Below, piece by piece: positions 24,379-36,612 of a DNA stretch of 64,000 nucleotides. A program made the translations under genes and the position numbers. This stretch comes from Squalus acanthias (lineage: Eukaryota). The stretch is from contig CM059433.1 of NCBI GenBank assembly GCA_030390025.1, forward strand, positions 31,746,001-31,810,000, written 5' to 3'. Within the stretch, counting starts at the first letter, position 1; each line of letters begins with the position of its first letter. The notes below the pieces were generated by a model that was not told where the DNA came from, searched no databases, and was given only the letters and a program-made list of their open reading frames with translations.

Positions 24379-25423
24379 GCTGAAAGCTTGAACCAAGCCT
24401 GACACCTTCATAAAAAGCAGATAATATCATGTTGAAAATTGTTTTAATATCGTACCGTTAAATAATTGACCACTATCAGTTTTGACAGCTTCTCAAATTC
24501 TATGAACAGCCAGTACCTTCTCCAGATTTGGGCTTGTTGCTGAAACAGATGGTGATTTTAGTATTTCAGCTATCTTGACTAATCTTCAATGATCACAGGC
24601 AGGTACTTACCATGTGTTCTGTAGCAGATAACATACAATTAGCATCTCCGCTGGTTTTTCAGGATCTGGCTTTATCAATCACATTTAGTATCGCTCTAAG
24701 ACGAACAGGATTCCTAGGCACTCAGTGTTTGATATTTTTCTTGGTGTCTCAGTACAACACAAGAGAATCAAAAGATTATGGGGGAGTGGGGGTTTAAATT
24801 TACTCATCCGTCCCATGAATGTGGCATGAATCTGGCAGAACAGCACAGAAATGGCATGGAGCTGGTGGGGCGCCCGAGATGCCCCCGTACTGGCGTGGGC
24901 TCCTGCTGGCTCCATACAAATGAGGTGCACACTCATTGACTATATGTACTCTGGTGGGTCATTGCTGGAGCACACTAGCCCAAGGATTTTCAGGGCCTTA
25001 GTCTTTGAACTGCTGAACGGCTTTGTCATGTTTGGCTTACCATTGGGATTCCGCATCTTTCGCTGTGAGAAGTAGCAGTGGTTCTGTGATTGTTGCAAGG
25101 TTTGCGTTCGAGCACTCTACTTGGGACACCTCTGGTATGTTTTTCAGTTCATTGGTTTCTCACACTGGAGGTTGTCTACTGGATGGCTACCAACCTTTTT
25201 TAGAACAGGTTGCCTGGATTCATCGGTGTACTACTTCACTTGCGTACACCTTAGCTCATCACTGGCAGTTTCATTCAGTTGGTAGCATGGTTACCTCTGG
25301 GTTAGAAGGTTGAGGCTTTGGGCCTCACATTAGGACTTGAGCCCAAAATCTAAGTTAATACTTCAGTGAAGTGATGGATTGTGAGGGATGGCATTCCTTG
25401 ATTAAAATAGTGAATTGAGGCCT

Positions 25424-25880
25424 GTTGAGCTATACCTACCAGGAAAGGGTGAACAGGCTCGAGCTCTTTTCTCTTGTAAAGAGAAGGCTGAGGAGTGACT
25501 TAATAGAGGTCTTTAAAATTATGAAAGGTCTTGATAGAGTAGACACAGAGAGAGTGCTTCCACTTGTGGGGAAGAGCAAAACTAGAAACCATCAATATAA
25601 GATAGTCACCAAGAAATCAAATAGGGAATTCAGAAGAAACTTCTTTACCCAGAGAGTGGTGAGAATGCACACTACCATAGGGAGTGGTTGAGGTGAATAG
25701 TATAGATGCATTTAAGGGGAGGCTAGATAAGCATATGAGAGAGAAGGAAATAGAGAGGGTTGTGTTGATAGAGTTAGATGAGGAAAGATAGACGGGGGCT
25801 CGAGTGGAGCATAAACGCCGGCATGAACTGGTTGGGTCGAATGGCCTGTTTTTTGTTGTATATTCTATGTAATTCTATGT
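25424..25880 (+). mobile_element. CR1-type 3' fragment inserted in an old DeuSINE (about 25270-26140)
   Basis: YQERVNRLELFSL.KRRLRSDLIEVFKI...RRNFFTQRVV; (ttctatgt) tail; degenerate SINE head before and body after. Confidence 0.8.
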
Positions 25881-26397
25881 GCTGGTTCGAGTGCATGTTG
25901 AAGATCCTCTGGCACTATTCAAAGTAGACAGGTATTTCTCACAGTTTCCTGGCCAATGTTCCTACCTCAGCTTATGCCACCTACAACGTAGCTTCAGTGG
26001 TTGCTCATTTCATTGAAGTTTGTAGAAACTTGCCGTGTACAAATTGAGTGTCGTGTTGACCAACAAAGTAGAGGTCAGTCACTGTGCTTAAATAATTAAT
26101 TTTAAGTGAAGTGCTTTGGGATGTTTTGGAGAGACGAGTGCTTTGAATCAGCTCTATTTCCTTAAAGCGATGCTCGTGTGTAATGGTTCTCAGGCACCGT
26201 GAAACAAACACTACTTTCACTGGTACATCTTCAATCTGTTGCACATCTTCTCGTGTACACAGGTCGCCTATTCATCAGTTTCCTCCTTTACAGGATTCAG
26301 AAAGTTCATCTCTTCTAGACTATTATTGACTGGCTACTGATTTGGTGAGTTTTGCTCTTTTGTTCATTGCCTTGCTTCTGTATTTTCATCTCGTTTC

Positions 26398-26712
26398 CGC
26401 TAGTGGGGAGTCCAAAACTACTAGTCATCAATATAAGATAGTCACTAATAAATCCAATAAGGAATTCAGGAGAAATTCCTTTGCCCAGATAGTGGTTAGA
26501 ATGTGGAACTTACTATCACATGCTTTAGTTGAGGCGAATAACATAGATGCCTTTAAAGGGAAACTAGATAAGTACATGAGGGAGAAAGGAATAGAAGGAT
26601 ATGCTGATAGGGTGAGATGAAGTAGGGTGGGAGGAGGCTCAGGTGGAGCATAAACACCAGCTTAGACCAGTTGGGCCGAATGGCCTGTTTCTGTGCAGCA
26701 ATTTCTATGTAA
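26398..26712 (+). mobile_element. CR1-type 3' fragment
   Basis: Same end-of-ORF2 peptide and ttctatgt tail as 25424-25880. Confidence 0.8.
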
Positions 26713-27180
26713 TCTCAGGTATCTGCTTCTTTGTCTTCACTAAAATAAGTTAATTCTCCAACAGGATCCTCTTTTGTTGGCCATCCTCCCTTATGTAAAT
26801 ATCTACCTTCACGACCTTTTGCTTTCCATTGTTCAACATTTAACTTCTTGGCAGGACATTTGGTTTAGTTGCCACATCACCTGCCTTGCTGTATGATAGC
26901 TCAGTTGATCACGTAGCACCAACACTCCACTCAGATTAATTTTGTTCTCCGATATCTACATTCTTTATCTTGCGCTTCGCTGCTAACGGCCCGGAGTTGA
27001 GTAACAACACAAATCAACTACACGTTCCATGTAGCCCAACAGAAATGGATTGTTTTGTATGTGGTACATTTCTAGGGTGTGAACTGATTTGCTTAGACGA
27101 GTGGAATGCTCAATCTCTCCCAAATTAGTCTGAATGTCCAAACACTCTTGGAACACCTCGCCATAATGCAGCAGTGCTAG

Positions 27181-27610
27181 AACAACAACAACTTGTATTT
27201 ATATAGCACCTTTAATGTAGTAAAATGTCCCAAGGTGCTTCACAGGAGTGTTAGCAAACAAAATTTGACACCGAGCCACATACGAAGATATTAGGACAGG
27301 TGACTAAAAGCTTGGTCAAAGAGGTAGGTTTTAAGGAGTGTCTTAAAGGAGGAGAGAGAGGTGGAGAAGCAGAGAGGTTTAGGCAGGGGATTCTAGAGTT
27401 TAGGACCTAGACAGCTGAAAGAACAGCTGCCAATGGTGGAGCGATTAAAATTGGTGGTGCACAAGATGACAGAATTGGAGGAGTGTAGAGATCTCAGAGG
27501 GTTGTAGGGCTGGAGGCGGTTACAGAGATAGGGAGAGTCGAGGACATGGAGGGATTTGAAAACAAGCATGAGAATTTTAAAATCGAGGTGTTAGCGGACT
27601 GGCAGCCAAG
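27181..27610 (-). mobile_element. L2-type LINE 3' fragment
   Basis: Matches 11660-12050 and 55515-55897. Confidence 0.8.
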
Positions 27611-27944
27611 TTAACTTGATACATTGATCTAGGGAAATAGGTCACTATAGTGAACCATTCATAAAGCAGCAGTTGTAAGTTACAAGCTAGGAGTGAGAAT
27701 GTAAGTCAAGTAATCACCAAAATCATAACCCCCTTCCAGGAAAAGTTACCAGAGGTGGTCATTGAAACAGGCAGCATAATTGGGTTCAAGAGGCAATTGG
27801 ATGTGTTTGTGAGAGAGAAGGGATTGAGGAATACAGTGAGTAGGTGGGGCTGACAGCAATTAAAAAAAGGTCATTTAAAAAAAAAACTAAATGCTGTTTC
27901 TAAATATAGTAGTGTTGCTAAGACATCAAAACAGGTTTTGGGGT

Positions 27945-28260
27945 ATGACAGCCTGATGTTTATGGTACAGGACTAGCAATCCAGAGGTGATTAATTGAGA
28001 TCCCACCATGGCAAATTGTGAAACTAAATTCAATAAATCTGGTATTATTTGTGCGGTAGCACCAAACAAAATGACCATGAAAGCTGCAAAATTATTGTAA
28101 AAACCCAAATGTCGCACGAATATCCTACAAGGAAGGGTCCTCACCATCACTATCCATTCTGGCCTACATGTGACTCCGGTCCCATACTATATATTGCTCT
28201 CAGGGAAACCAGATGGACAATAAATACTGCCTTGTCAGTATTGCTCACATCCCAAGAACA
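27945..28260 (+). mobile_element. Diverged tRNA-headed SINE (MetaSINE-like central domain) with a second CR1-like tail
   Basis: Head ggactagcaatccagagg shared with 62413-62502; core tctggcctacatgtgactcc; tail caataaat...cacatccc shared with 40690-40730. Confidence 0.5.
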
Positions 28261-28699
28261 TTTTTTATTAAAAAACGTGCGAAGGTATGAGTTATAGACT
28301 TGATTTTGCAGCAAAGATTGACTGTTGAATTTAAAATAATGTTTCTTACTTGCTATCCGTTTAAAGGTTTTTCTGCAGCCAATGAAACTATTATCAGCAA
28401 AATTCAAACAAAATGTCATTAAGCTGTGAAAGTACCAATCTAGCAGAGACCACTGCAGGCTATTAAGATCCCAATAGTACATCACAGTGACTGACTGGCT
28501 AATAGACTATAAGACAGGTTCAAATCAACCAAAGGAAGTTGAGCAAAGAGTTTCCCTCATGGATAACAAATAAAAGTTAGAATGAAATGAGTTTCAGCAG
28601 TCTGCATACAGATGTGAGGATGATCTTCTAGTATATAGCTGCCATGACTGGAGCACCCAATAATCACAATCTGTAATCACTAGACCGCCTGCTTCCACC

Positions 28700-29492
28700 A
28701 CTGTAACATTGCCGGTCTCCACATCTGCCTCAGCTCATCCACTGCTGAAACTCTCATCCATGCATTTGCTACCTCTAGACTCGACTACTCCAATGCTCTC
28801 CTGGCTGGCTTCCCACCTTGCTCCCTCCATAAACTTGAGCTCATCCAAAACTCTGCTGCCCGTATCCTAACTCGCACCAAGTCCTGTTCACCCATCACCC
28901 CTGTTATGTGGCTCGGTGTCAATTTTTGTCTGCTTATGCTCCTGCAAAGCACCTTGGGACATTTTACTATGTTAATGGTGCTTTATAAATGCAAGTTGTT
29001 GTTGTACTTTGAGAAGTACAGGATGGAGAAGGGCCAAGTGACCATTTGTAAAGGCCAACAATCTTTCTTTAGGGTTGTTATATTTTGGAATGGGAAATAA
29101 AAGCAGGCAGGAAATAGCAAGTAAATAATAAATTACATTGATAGTATCTCCCTATCTCTGCAATCTCCTCCAGCCCCCAAACCCTCCAAGATCTCTGCGC
29201 TCCTCTAATTCTGGCCTTTCTTGAGCATCCTGGATTTTAATCACTCAACCATTGGTGGCCGTGCCTTCAGCTGCCCAAGCCCTTAGCTCTGGAATTCCCT
29301 CCCTAAACCTCTCCGCCTCTGTTTCCTCCTTTAAGACGTTCTGTAAAAATAACCTCTTTGACCATGCTTTCGGTCATCTGGCCTAATATCTCATGTGGCT
29401 CGGTGTCAAATTTTGTTTGATAACGCTCCTGTGAAGCGCCTTGGGATGTTTTACTACGTTAAAGGTGCTATATAAATACAAGTTGCTGTTGT
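28700..29492 (+). mobile_element. Two L2-type fragments (about 28700-29002 and 29148-29492)
   Basis: AETLIHAFATSRLDYSNALLAG peptide and two TATAAATRCAAGTTG tails. Confidence 0.75.
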
Positions 29493-29949
29493 TATAGTTG
29501 TCATGATTTGTTATTTGTCCCTACTGTAACAAACTGATGAATTACTGAGCGTCTACGTAAGGGTAAGGACTCCTTAAAAAAGTATGGGGTGAATTTCCTT
29601 GAGGGTTGGCCCACTCGGCCACCGTAAATTTAGCAGGAAAGCTACGGACACCCCGGAGAAATTGTTTCAGGGGTTTTTGTGGCTCTTCTGCCCAAGTTAC
29701 GGGAGATGTACGGGAGAACTCGTGGCGAAATGAAACCCCTAGGTTTCTGAAAACCCTGACAACTGAGCTAATAATTGCAACTGCAGCACAGGTCACACAG
29801 AGACAGACTCTACTCTTCAACATTGCTATATTGACCGTGGCCCTCTGCGTAAAACTAGTCCTGATTGAAACATTTATCCAGGTAGCTAGCTATTGCCTCC
29901 TATTTCTGTTAAACTATTTCCTTCCCTTCACGCTGCATCCTAACCATTT

Positions 29950-30078
29950 TTAAAAATGTATTCATTCACGGGATGTGGGCGTCACTGGCAAGGCCAGCAT
30001 TTATTGTCCATCCCTAATTGCCCTTGAGAAGGTGGTGGTGAGCCGCCTTCTTGAATCGCTGCAGTCCGTGTGGTGAAG
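29950..30078 (-). mobile_element. Short 3' tail of the second CR1-like LINE family
   Basis: Reverse complement of 40620-40735. Confidence 0.75.
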
Positions 30079-30544
30079 AGGTGAGAGTGCTATCAAGTGG
30101 TGATTTTGCCAACCATTAGCAATGCCATATCCATGTTGTAACTTGGTCGCAGGTGTCCTTACTGCAGGTGGCAAGGCTCTGCAATTGGCTCTGCGCAGTC
30201 TCTAAGAGCAATGAAACTGTTGTCCTCGGTCTCTGGCAGGTATGTGTGCATACGTGGCCTGCTGCACACTAATCCTCCTGGCATGCCTTCTTTCATCTCG
30301 TATCACCTCAGTCATGAAATACTATATTTGAGGCACTTTAAAAACAAACTTAAGCAACTTTTATTTTTAAAAAGCTCCCTTTTTTCTCACAAATATATTA
30401 ATTAAAATTGCAAAAATATGGGAGAAATGTCTAATAAAAATACTGTACTGAAAGGTGCTACAGTCACTGCAAGAGAAACTTCATGTTAATAGTTTTTTAA
30501 TCAATTTTTAAAAATTGTACTAATTATCCAGCTACGTATAGTTG

Positions 30545-31033
30545 ACCGGTAGACTAGACAATTGGGGGAGTCAAAAGGCTGGGTTCAGGGGGGTCGGAAG
30601 GCTGGATTGGTGGGCTGGAGGGGGGGGTCGGAGGCCGGTGGCTAGGGATCTGAGGGGGAGATCAGAAGGGCGGGGGAGGTGTCCGATCGTGGGGGTGGTT
30701 GGTGAGGCAGGGACTCTAGATCCAGCAGGTAAGTGGAAAGGCACTTACCTCCTGGATCCAGCAGTCCTCGCCTCCACTTAACTGCCGGGTTCACCGAGAC
30801 CTGGGAAACCTGGCCGCCCAGTTAAATTTAAAATGTAGATTCAAAGTGAGCCTCATTATAATATTTAAAGTACCAACCCGCCTCTTGGGAACGGGTTGGC
30901 CGCCCGACCACCCCCCCCCCCACCCCATCCCGAATCCATTAAATCCGGTTGGAGGCAAGTTGGGGTCGGGATTCAGATTTCTAAAACTTTAACTTCCCTA
31001 ACCCGTCTGTTTTTTGGGGTTAAAATTCCCCCC
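30545..31033. mobile_element. Partial G-rich MITE ending GTTAAAATTCCCCC
   Basis: Harbinger-like terminus and GC-rich body. Confidence 0.45.
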
Positions 31034-31347
31034 AGTGTGTGAGTGGGTATATGATTATATATATATACATACACGCACATTTTATTTATAGAGACAGAGA
31101 AAGAAAGAGGGAAGCAGAGGGTACAATGGGAAAGATGGAAACTCTCCAAGGTGCATAGAGAGAGGAAGAGAGCGAGAAAGCATGGAAAACAAAAAGAAAA
31201 TAGGAGAGGAAGTCAAAGCATGAGAGAGTAGGGAACAGAGAGACAGCTGCAGAAAGAGATAAGAGAATGTTTAATGCTTGTCTATGGACAATACTACAGG
31301 AAATCAAGTAATACATACTCACAATATATGCAAGAAAAGGCACATAC

Positions 31348-32143
31348 CTGAAAATTGTGGTGGGCAAGCACAGTCATATCCTTGTCCATCAAGTCCTTCC
31401 TTCTTGTCAGCACAAGTACCTCCATTCAGGCAAGGTCTCACAGAACAAGCATCATACTCTTCACAGAGAAAGCCAGTGTAAGGATGTTGGCAGTGGCAAT
31501 AATAAGCTGCCTGCCAAGGCTGTGTTTGACATTTTCCATGACCTGAACAAAACATTGCATCGCGGAAAGCTCTGCAATGTTCTGGCTTAACAGTGACATT
31601 AATCCGAAGGCCAAGTGTACATAATGGAGGTCCATCATCCTGGACTTCTACAAAAAAATGTGTTCCAGCAGTCAGCCACTTGGGGTCAATCTGCTGGGAG
31701 CCTTTTACTCTCCGACCAAACAAAAGCTGGGTGTTTGGAAAGCCTCTATTCGCACAGTCAGTAAATTCTGCCTCTGAAACATTCGCCACGTTCATTCCAT
31801 GTTTCTCAAAAGACAGATCCAGGGAAATAAAAACATTGACCCCTAACTGCACTTCTAACGGGCACTTTTGGGCCAAGTTAAAAACCGGATTGCTGGAAGA
31901 AATATTCCGTGTGCTAACACTCCAGCATTCTGCGTAAAAATCTGAGCATACGTTCTGGGTCAGTGTCCAGTTAACATGGATTTTTTCAAGGTCTGGATAC
32001 CATTCAGTAACTTTATCCCGCTGGCAAATTGTTTGTCCATTCACCTTCCAGTTTGGGGATGAATGCAAGATAGAAACTGCAGTTATAACTTTGAAGAATG
32101 CAGTGGCTGTTTGAATCATGTGGGCTCCAGTATTGGCTGTCAT
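31348..32143 (-). CDS. EYS: EYS first coding exon: N-terminal domain plus two EGF-like repeats (exon extends with 5' UTR to 32378)
   Basis: NGQTICQRDKVTEW..VNWTLTQNVCSDFYAECW resembles the human EYS N-terminus; FCSGHGKC...CHCQHPYTGFLCEEYDACSVRPCLNGGTC EGF repeats; acceptor ttttttcttcag| at 32378; donor CAG|gtatgt at 31348 gives 796 coding nt, phase 1. Confidence 0.93.
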
Positions 32144-34007
32144 GACTTCTGATCAATAAAATCGAGAACAATAGAAACTGTTTTCCCACATGCTCAGAAT
32201 TTTCCTTTAAACATAGTCAAACCGTGACAGGCAATGATGAGAATCAGTACGTGATCTGCAACTGGGAGTCCTCGCATCTGTCTCTTAGTCCAATAGATTG
32301 GAATATGATGTACTTTCCTCCAAGGTACTGACTGTAATATTCCGTTTGTTCAAATGCACCAGGAGGATTGAAGTGAGCCTGAAGAAAAAATAAGGAAATA
32401 AAGTCATTAAAGCACATGAACAATCACTCTAAAGAAGTATAGGGTCTTAATGATCCCTCCTTGAAGCAAGACTGTGACATTTGCACTGGATTCAAATTCC
32501 CTTCATTTGTGCACAGCAGGGGACAATACATTCACATTTGTCCTGCTCTGTTCTATAACCCTTTCATTTGTTTTCATTACCCGACACATCTCTGCATATA
32601 AAGCTAAGCAATTTCTGAGAAAAAAATGAAGAGCACAAATAGGTCATCAAATATCTCCAATCAAAACGTTAAAATAAAACATCGATTACATAATCAGAAA
32701 ACAATGGAGGCGGTGTGATTAGATTTGAAACTCAGTTTCTCATAAATCGTGAAGATTATTTCCCAAAAGGCTTCCCATCACCCTCAGCATTCGCGCAACG
32801 ATTGTCGACCACTGGATTCATTCAGCAAGGAGCAATTATACATTTGTCAATACCGACACAAGCTCATACATTGTCATACATCTGCTGGAGGTTAGACTTT
32901 ATGTCAGTCTTCTCAACCAAAAAGATAAAAAATCAATATGGCACAAGGCTTTTTTTTTGAAGGCTAGCTCTACAGGGATTAGGTTAAAAAAAATCAAGTT
33001 TTGAATTTTCATTCTTACTGATTTATAGCTAGAACTCAGGTGATAATTTGAGAGATTTGTTTCCAGTTCAGCTGAAATCAAAACAACATCATAAGCTGCT
33101 TGTGGTGTCATTTAATTCGGAGAGCTGTCTGCGAAAATCCAGATAAATGGCTGCGTTGTTATAATGTCCTTTTAATGAGAAATAATGATGACAATTAGGT
33201 ACTAAAAGTATATTTTTATATAAAAGTAGCACTCTGGTTTGGTTTGCAACAGAGCATTTGTCTTCCCTTGAGAAGGCCCAGTTTTTATTGATACTGAAAC
33301 TAGACTGTCCTCCGAGGATACTTTGTGCTGCTTATTGGCAGGCTCCTCAGATAGAATGGCCCATAATGGCAGATGATTTGGGGAGTGTGCTGCTGTACAA
33401 TGTACATCTCCCCTGCTGTCTGATAAGAGTTCCAAAGACATCAACATTGCAGCAAAAAAAAAACTGGTTCCTCTTTCAGTTGGGTTGATAGTACATAGAT
33501 GGAAAGGAATTCATATGGAACAAAGAAAAATCATATCTCCCTCCCCCCTTCAAACAACGTTTCATTAAAGAATATGGCTGAAGTAATAAAACCTACTTGT
33601 TGAAAAGAAATGGGTAACTTGCATTTTAAATGAGGTAGCACACGCACTTTAATTTTTGAAAGTCAGACTTGTTTCCCATTTCCCACCTTATCTTCTCCAC
33701 ACCTAATTCCTTCATTAGCAAAGAATATGGGAGGGTCAGGGTTCAGCTACCATTGCCCATTCCTCAAAACCGAAGCATAGCTTGAATGCATAAAGCCAAC
33801 TTCTTATATATTTGCCTTCCTCAGATGACAATGTGGTGCTCCATCCAGTAGCCTGGTTGAAATGATTGAACATGATCAAGCAAAGTCTTTAAAATCTTGG
33901 GTGGAGGATTGCATATATCTAAGCAGATTAATTGATTAACATGAGCACAGAACTAGAGGATACGGGTTTAAAATGATCAAACCACAAGCAAGGCCATAAC
34001 TATATAT

Positions 34008-34985
34008 TACTATAGACCGGTTAGCCTAACATCTGTGGTAGGTAAAATTTTGGAGTCCATTATTAAGGAAACAGTAACAGGACATTTGGATAATCATAAT
34101 TTAATAGGACAAAGTCAGCATGGTTTTACGAAGGGGAAGTCATGTTTGACAAATTTGCTGGAGTTCTTTGAGGAAGTAACATATAGAGTGGATAAAGGGG
34201 AACCAGTGGACGTAGTGTATTTAGACTTCCAAAAGGCATTTGACAAGGTGCCACACAAAAGATTATTGCTAAAGGTAAAAAATCACGGGATTGGGGGTAA
34301 TATTCTGGCATGGATAGAGGATTGGCTATCTAACAGAAAGCAAAGAGTTGGGATAAATGGTTCATTCTCAGTCTGGCAATCAGTAACTAGTGGTGTTCCA
34401 CAGGGGTCAGTGCTGGGTCCCCAACTCTTCACAATCTATATTAACGATTTGGAGGAAGGGACCAAGTGTAACATATCAAAATTTGCAGATGATACAAAGA
34501 TGGGAGGGAAAGTAGTGAGTGAGGAGGACATAAAAAACCTGCAAGGGGACATAGACAGGCTAAGTAAGTGGGCAGAGATTTGGCAGATGGAATACAACAC
34601 TGGAAAGTGTGAGGTGATGCACTTTGGCAGGAAAAATCCTAGAGCAATTTATTATCTTAATGGCAAGAAACTGGAGAGTACTGAAGTGCAAAGGGATCTG
34701 GGGGTCCTGGTGCACGAAACTCAAAAGGTTAGTATGCAGGTGCAGCAAGTGATTAAGAAGGCAAATGGAATGTTGGCTTTCATTGCTAGGGGGATAGAAT
34801 ATAAAAATAGGGAGGTATTGCTTCAGTTGTACAAGGTATTGGTGAGACCGCACCTGGAATACTGCATACAGTTTTGGTGTCCTTACTTAAGGAAAGACAT
34901 CCTTGCTCTCGAGGCAGTGCAAAAAAGGTTCACTCGGTTAATCCCGGGGATGAGGGGGTGGTCATATGAGGAGAGGTTGGGTAGG
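34008..34985 (+). mobile_element. CR1 RT fragment truncated at both ends (open for 317 codons)
   Basis: ORF 34035..34988 with [17 protein letters not shown] and FADD; no 3' tail. Confidence 0.9.
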
Positions 34986-35272
34986 TGAGAGTTTATTTTG
35001 TTGTTACAGAAAAAAAAATCTGCAACCATTTTCGTGTTATCCACCCGTTTCTCCAGTTGCTCTCCCAATCCCTTTCCCCATCTGCCCTCCTTATTCCTCT
35101 TTGAATCATCCTCCATGTTGGTTCCATTATCCTCCACCCTCTAACTCTGCTTGACCAAAAAACAACAAATAGTTCTTGACTACCCATGTGCAACACCACA
35201 GGACATTGACTCGTGTATATATATATGTTTCTGGCTAGGGTTGTCTAAGGGTGAAGAAAAATGGGAATCAAA

Positions 35273-36167
35273 GGGGGAGAAATTCAGTATCGCCCCATTT
35301 GGGGCGCAATTATCGGCCGGGCGCAAAGATTAGTGCCTGACGCTAATTATCGCCACCGACTGCAAACTTGACTTTTATCGCCCCTGGAGGTGATTGCAGC
35401 GCTATATCAGGCGCTTTACACCTGTCTTAAGGCACAAAGGCCGAGGAGCGAGGTGTTACCTCAGAGCGCTGGCGAAGCTCATGTAATGTCAGTCAGCAAT
35501 GGAACACACACACAATGGCACGGGCCAGTTCTTAAAGGGGATGGTTAATCTTGCTTTCCATCCACACCCTGCTCATTGCAGCCTTGAATCTCGGCCTGGA
35601 GAGACTTGCACATCAAATGTGCTGGAAAGAACAATGGAGAGTACCAGGCAAAGAGCGCAGAGTGCAGCCCCCACAGTCTCTGCTAAATCAATACAAGGAA
35701 TGGAAAATCAAAATGAACCTGCAAAGTGCTGCTCAGTACCCAAAACTCCTTCACACAATGTTGAATCTCTCCAGAAGTCTCTCTCTCTCTCTCTCTCAGA
35801 ATGCGTAGTTCAAAAATGCCACCAACAATAAAAGGCAGGAAGCGGTCACCTTTAAATAGCGCTCCCCCTTTCCCTTCATGACTGCAGAACGCTCCCCTCA
35901 ACCTGTCGTTGCTAGCGTCAGGCGGTAATGCAGGGGGCGCCACTCAATATCCGCTCCGGGGCGATACCGGGGCGTTGCGCACTCGAGTGACGTCATGATC
36001 TGCCAGCGCAGGAGATCATGGCGGTAGTGTTTAGCGCCGCCGCAAAATGTCTAGTTAATTTCGCGAGCGGCGCAAACTTCGCCGCGCCTGGGCGCTAGAT
36101 GCTTTGCGCCCCATTAGCGCCCTCTTAAGGCGCTAATGGGAGGCGCAACCAACTGAATATTTCCCCC
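35273..36167 (+). mobile_element. Harbinger-derived MITE family A (TSD AAA)
   Basis: aaa|GGGGGAGAAATTCAGT ... ACTGAATATTTCCCCC|aaa. Confidence 0.88.
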
Positions 36168-36277
36168 AAAGAGTCTTACTAGAAGGAGGAAACAGTTATG
36201 TCTGTCATCGTCATCTGAAAACAAGAACTGCAGCCAAATAGTAAACAGAGAGTAGTTGAGAACAAGGTTTAGATATT

Positions 36278-36612
36278 GACCTCACCCCTCTCTATCTCTG
36301 TAACTTCCTTCAGCCCTGCAACCCTCCGAGGTCTCGGAGATCCTCTAATTCTGAACTCTTGCACATCCCTGATTTCCTTCGCCCCACCATTGGTGGCCAT
36401 GCCTTCAGCTGCCTAGTTCTGGAATTCCCTCCCTAAACCTCTCCACCTTTCTACCTCTCTCTCCTCCTTTAAGATGCTCCTTGAAGCCTACCTCTTTGAC
36501 CAAGCTTTTGGTCATTCTTCCGTATATCTCCTTATGTGGCTCAGTGTCAAATTTTGTTTGAAAACGCTCGTGGAAAGCAGTTATAGGCGCTATATAAATG
36601 CAAGTTGCTGTT
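36278..36612 (+). mobile_element. L2-type LINE 3' fragment
   Basis: Matches 29148-29492; tail ggcgctatataaatgcaagttg. Confidence 0.8.

Noticed and set aside
26170..26960. Possible ancient Gypsy integrase relic on the minus strand (GELTYLVK-like words)
   Set aside because: Similarity too weak and fragmented to support without a profile search
31319..31347. ORF-track extension of the EYS exon to a stop (GMCLFLHIL*)
   Set aside because: Read-through past the CAG|gtatgt donor; the phase matches the next exon at 11056
32680..33000. CRX/OTX-like TAATC motifs near the EYS exon
   Set aside because: Short motifs expected by chance in AT-rich DNA; no conservation data to support an enhancer
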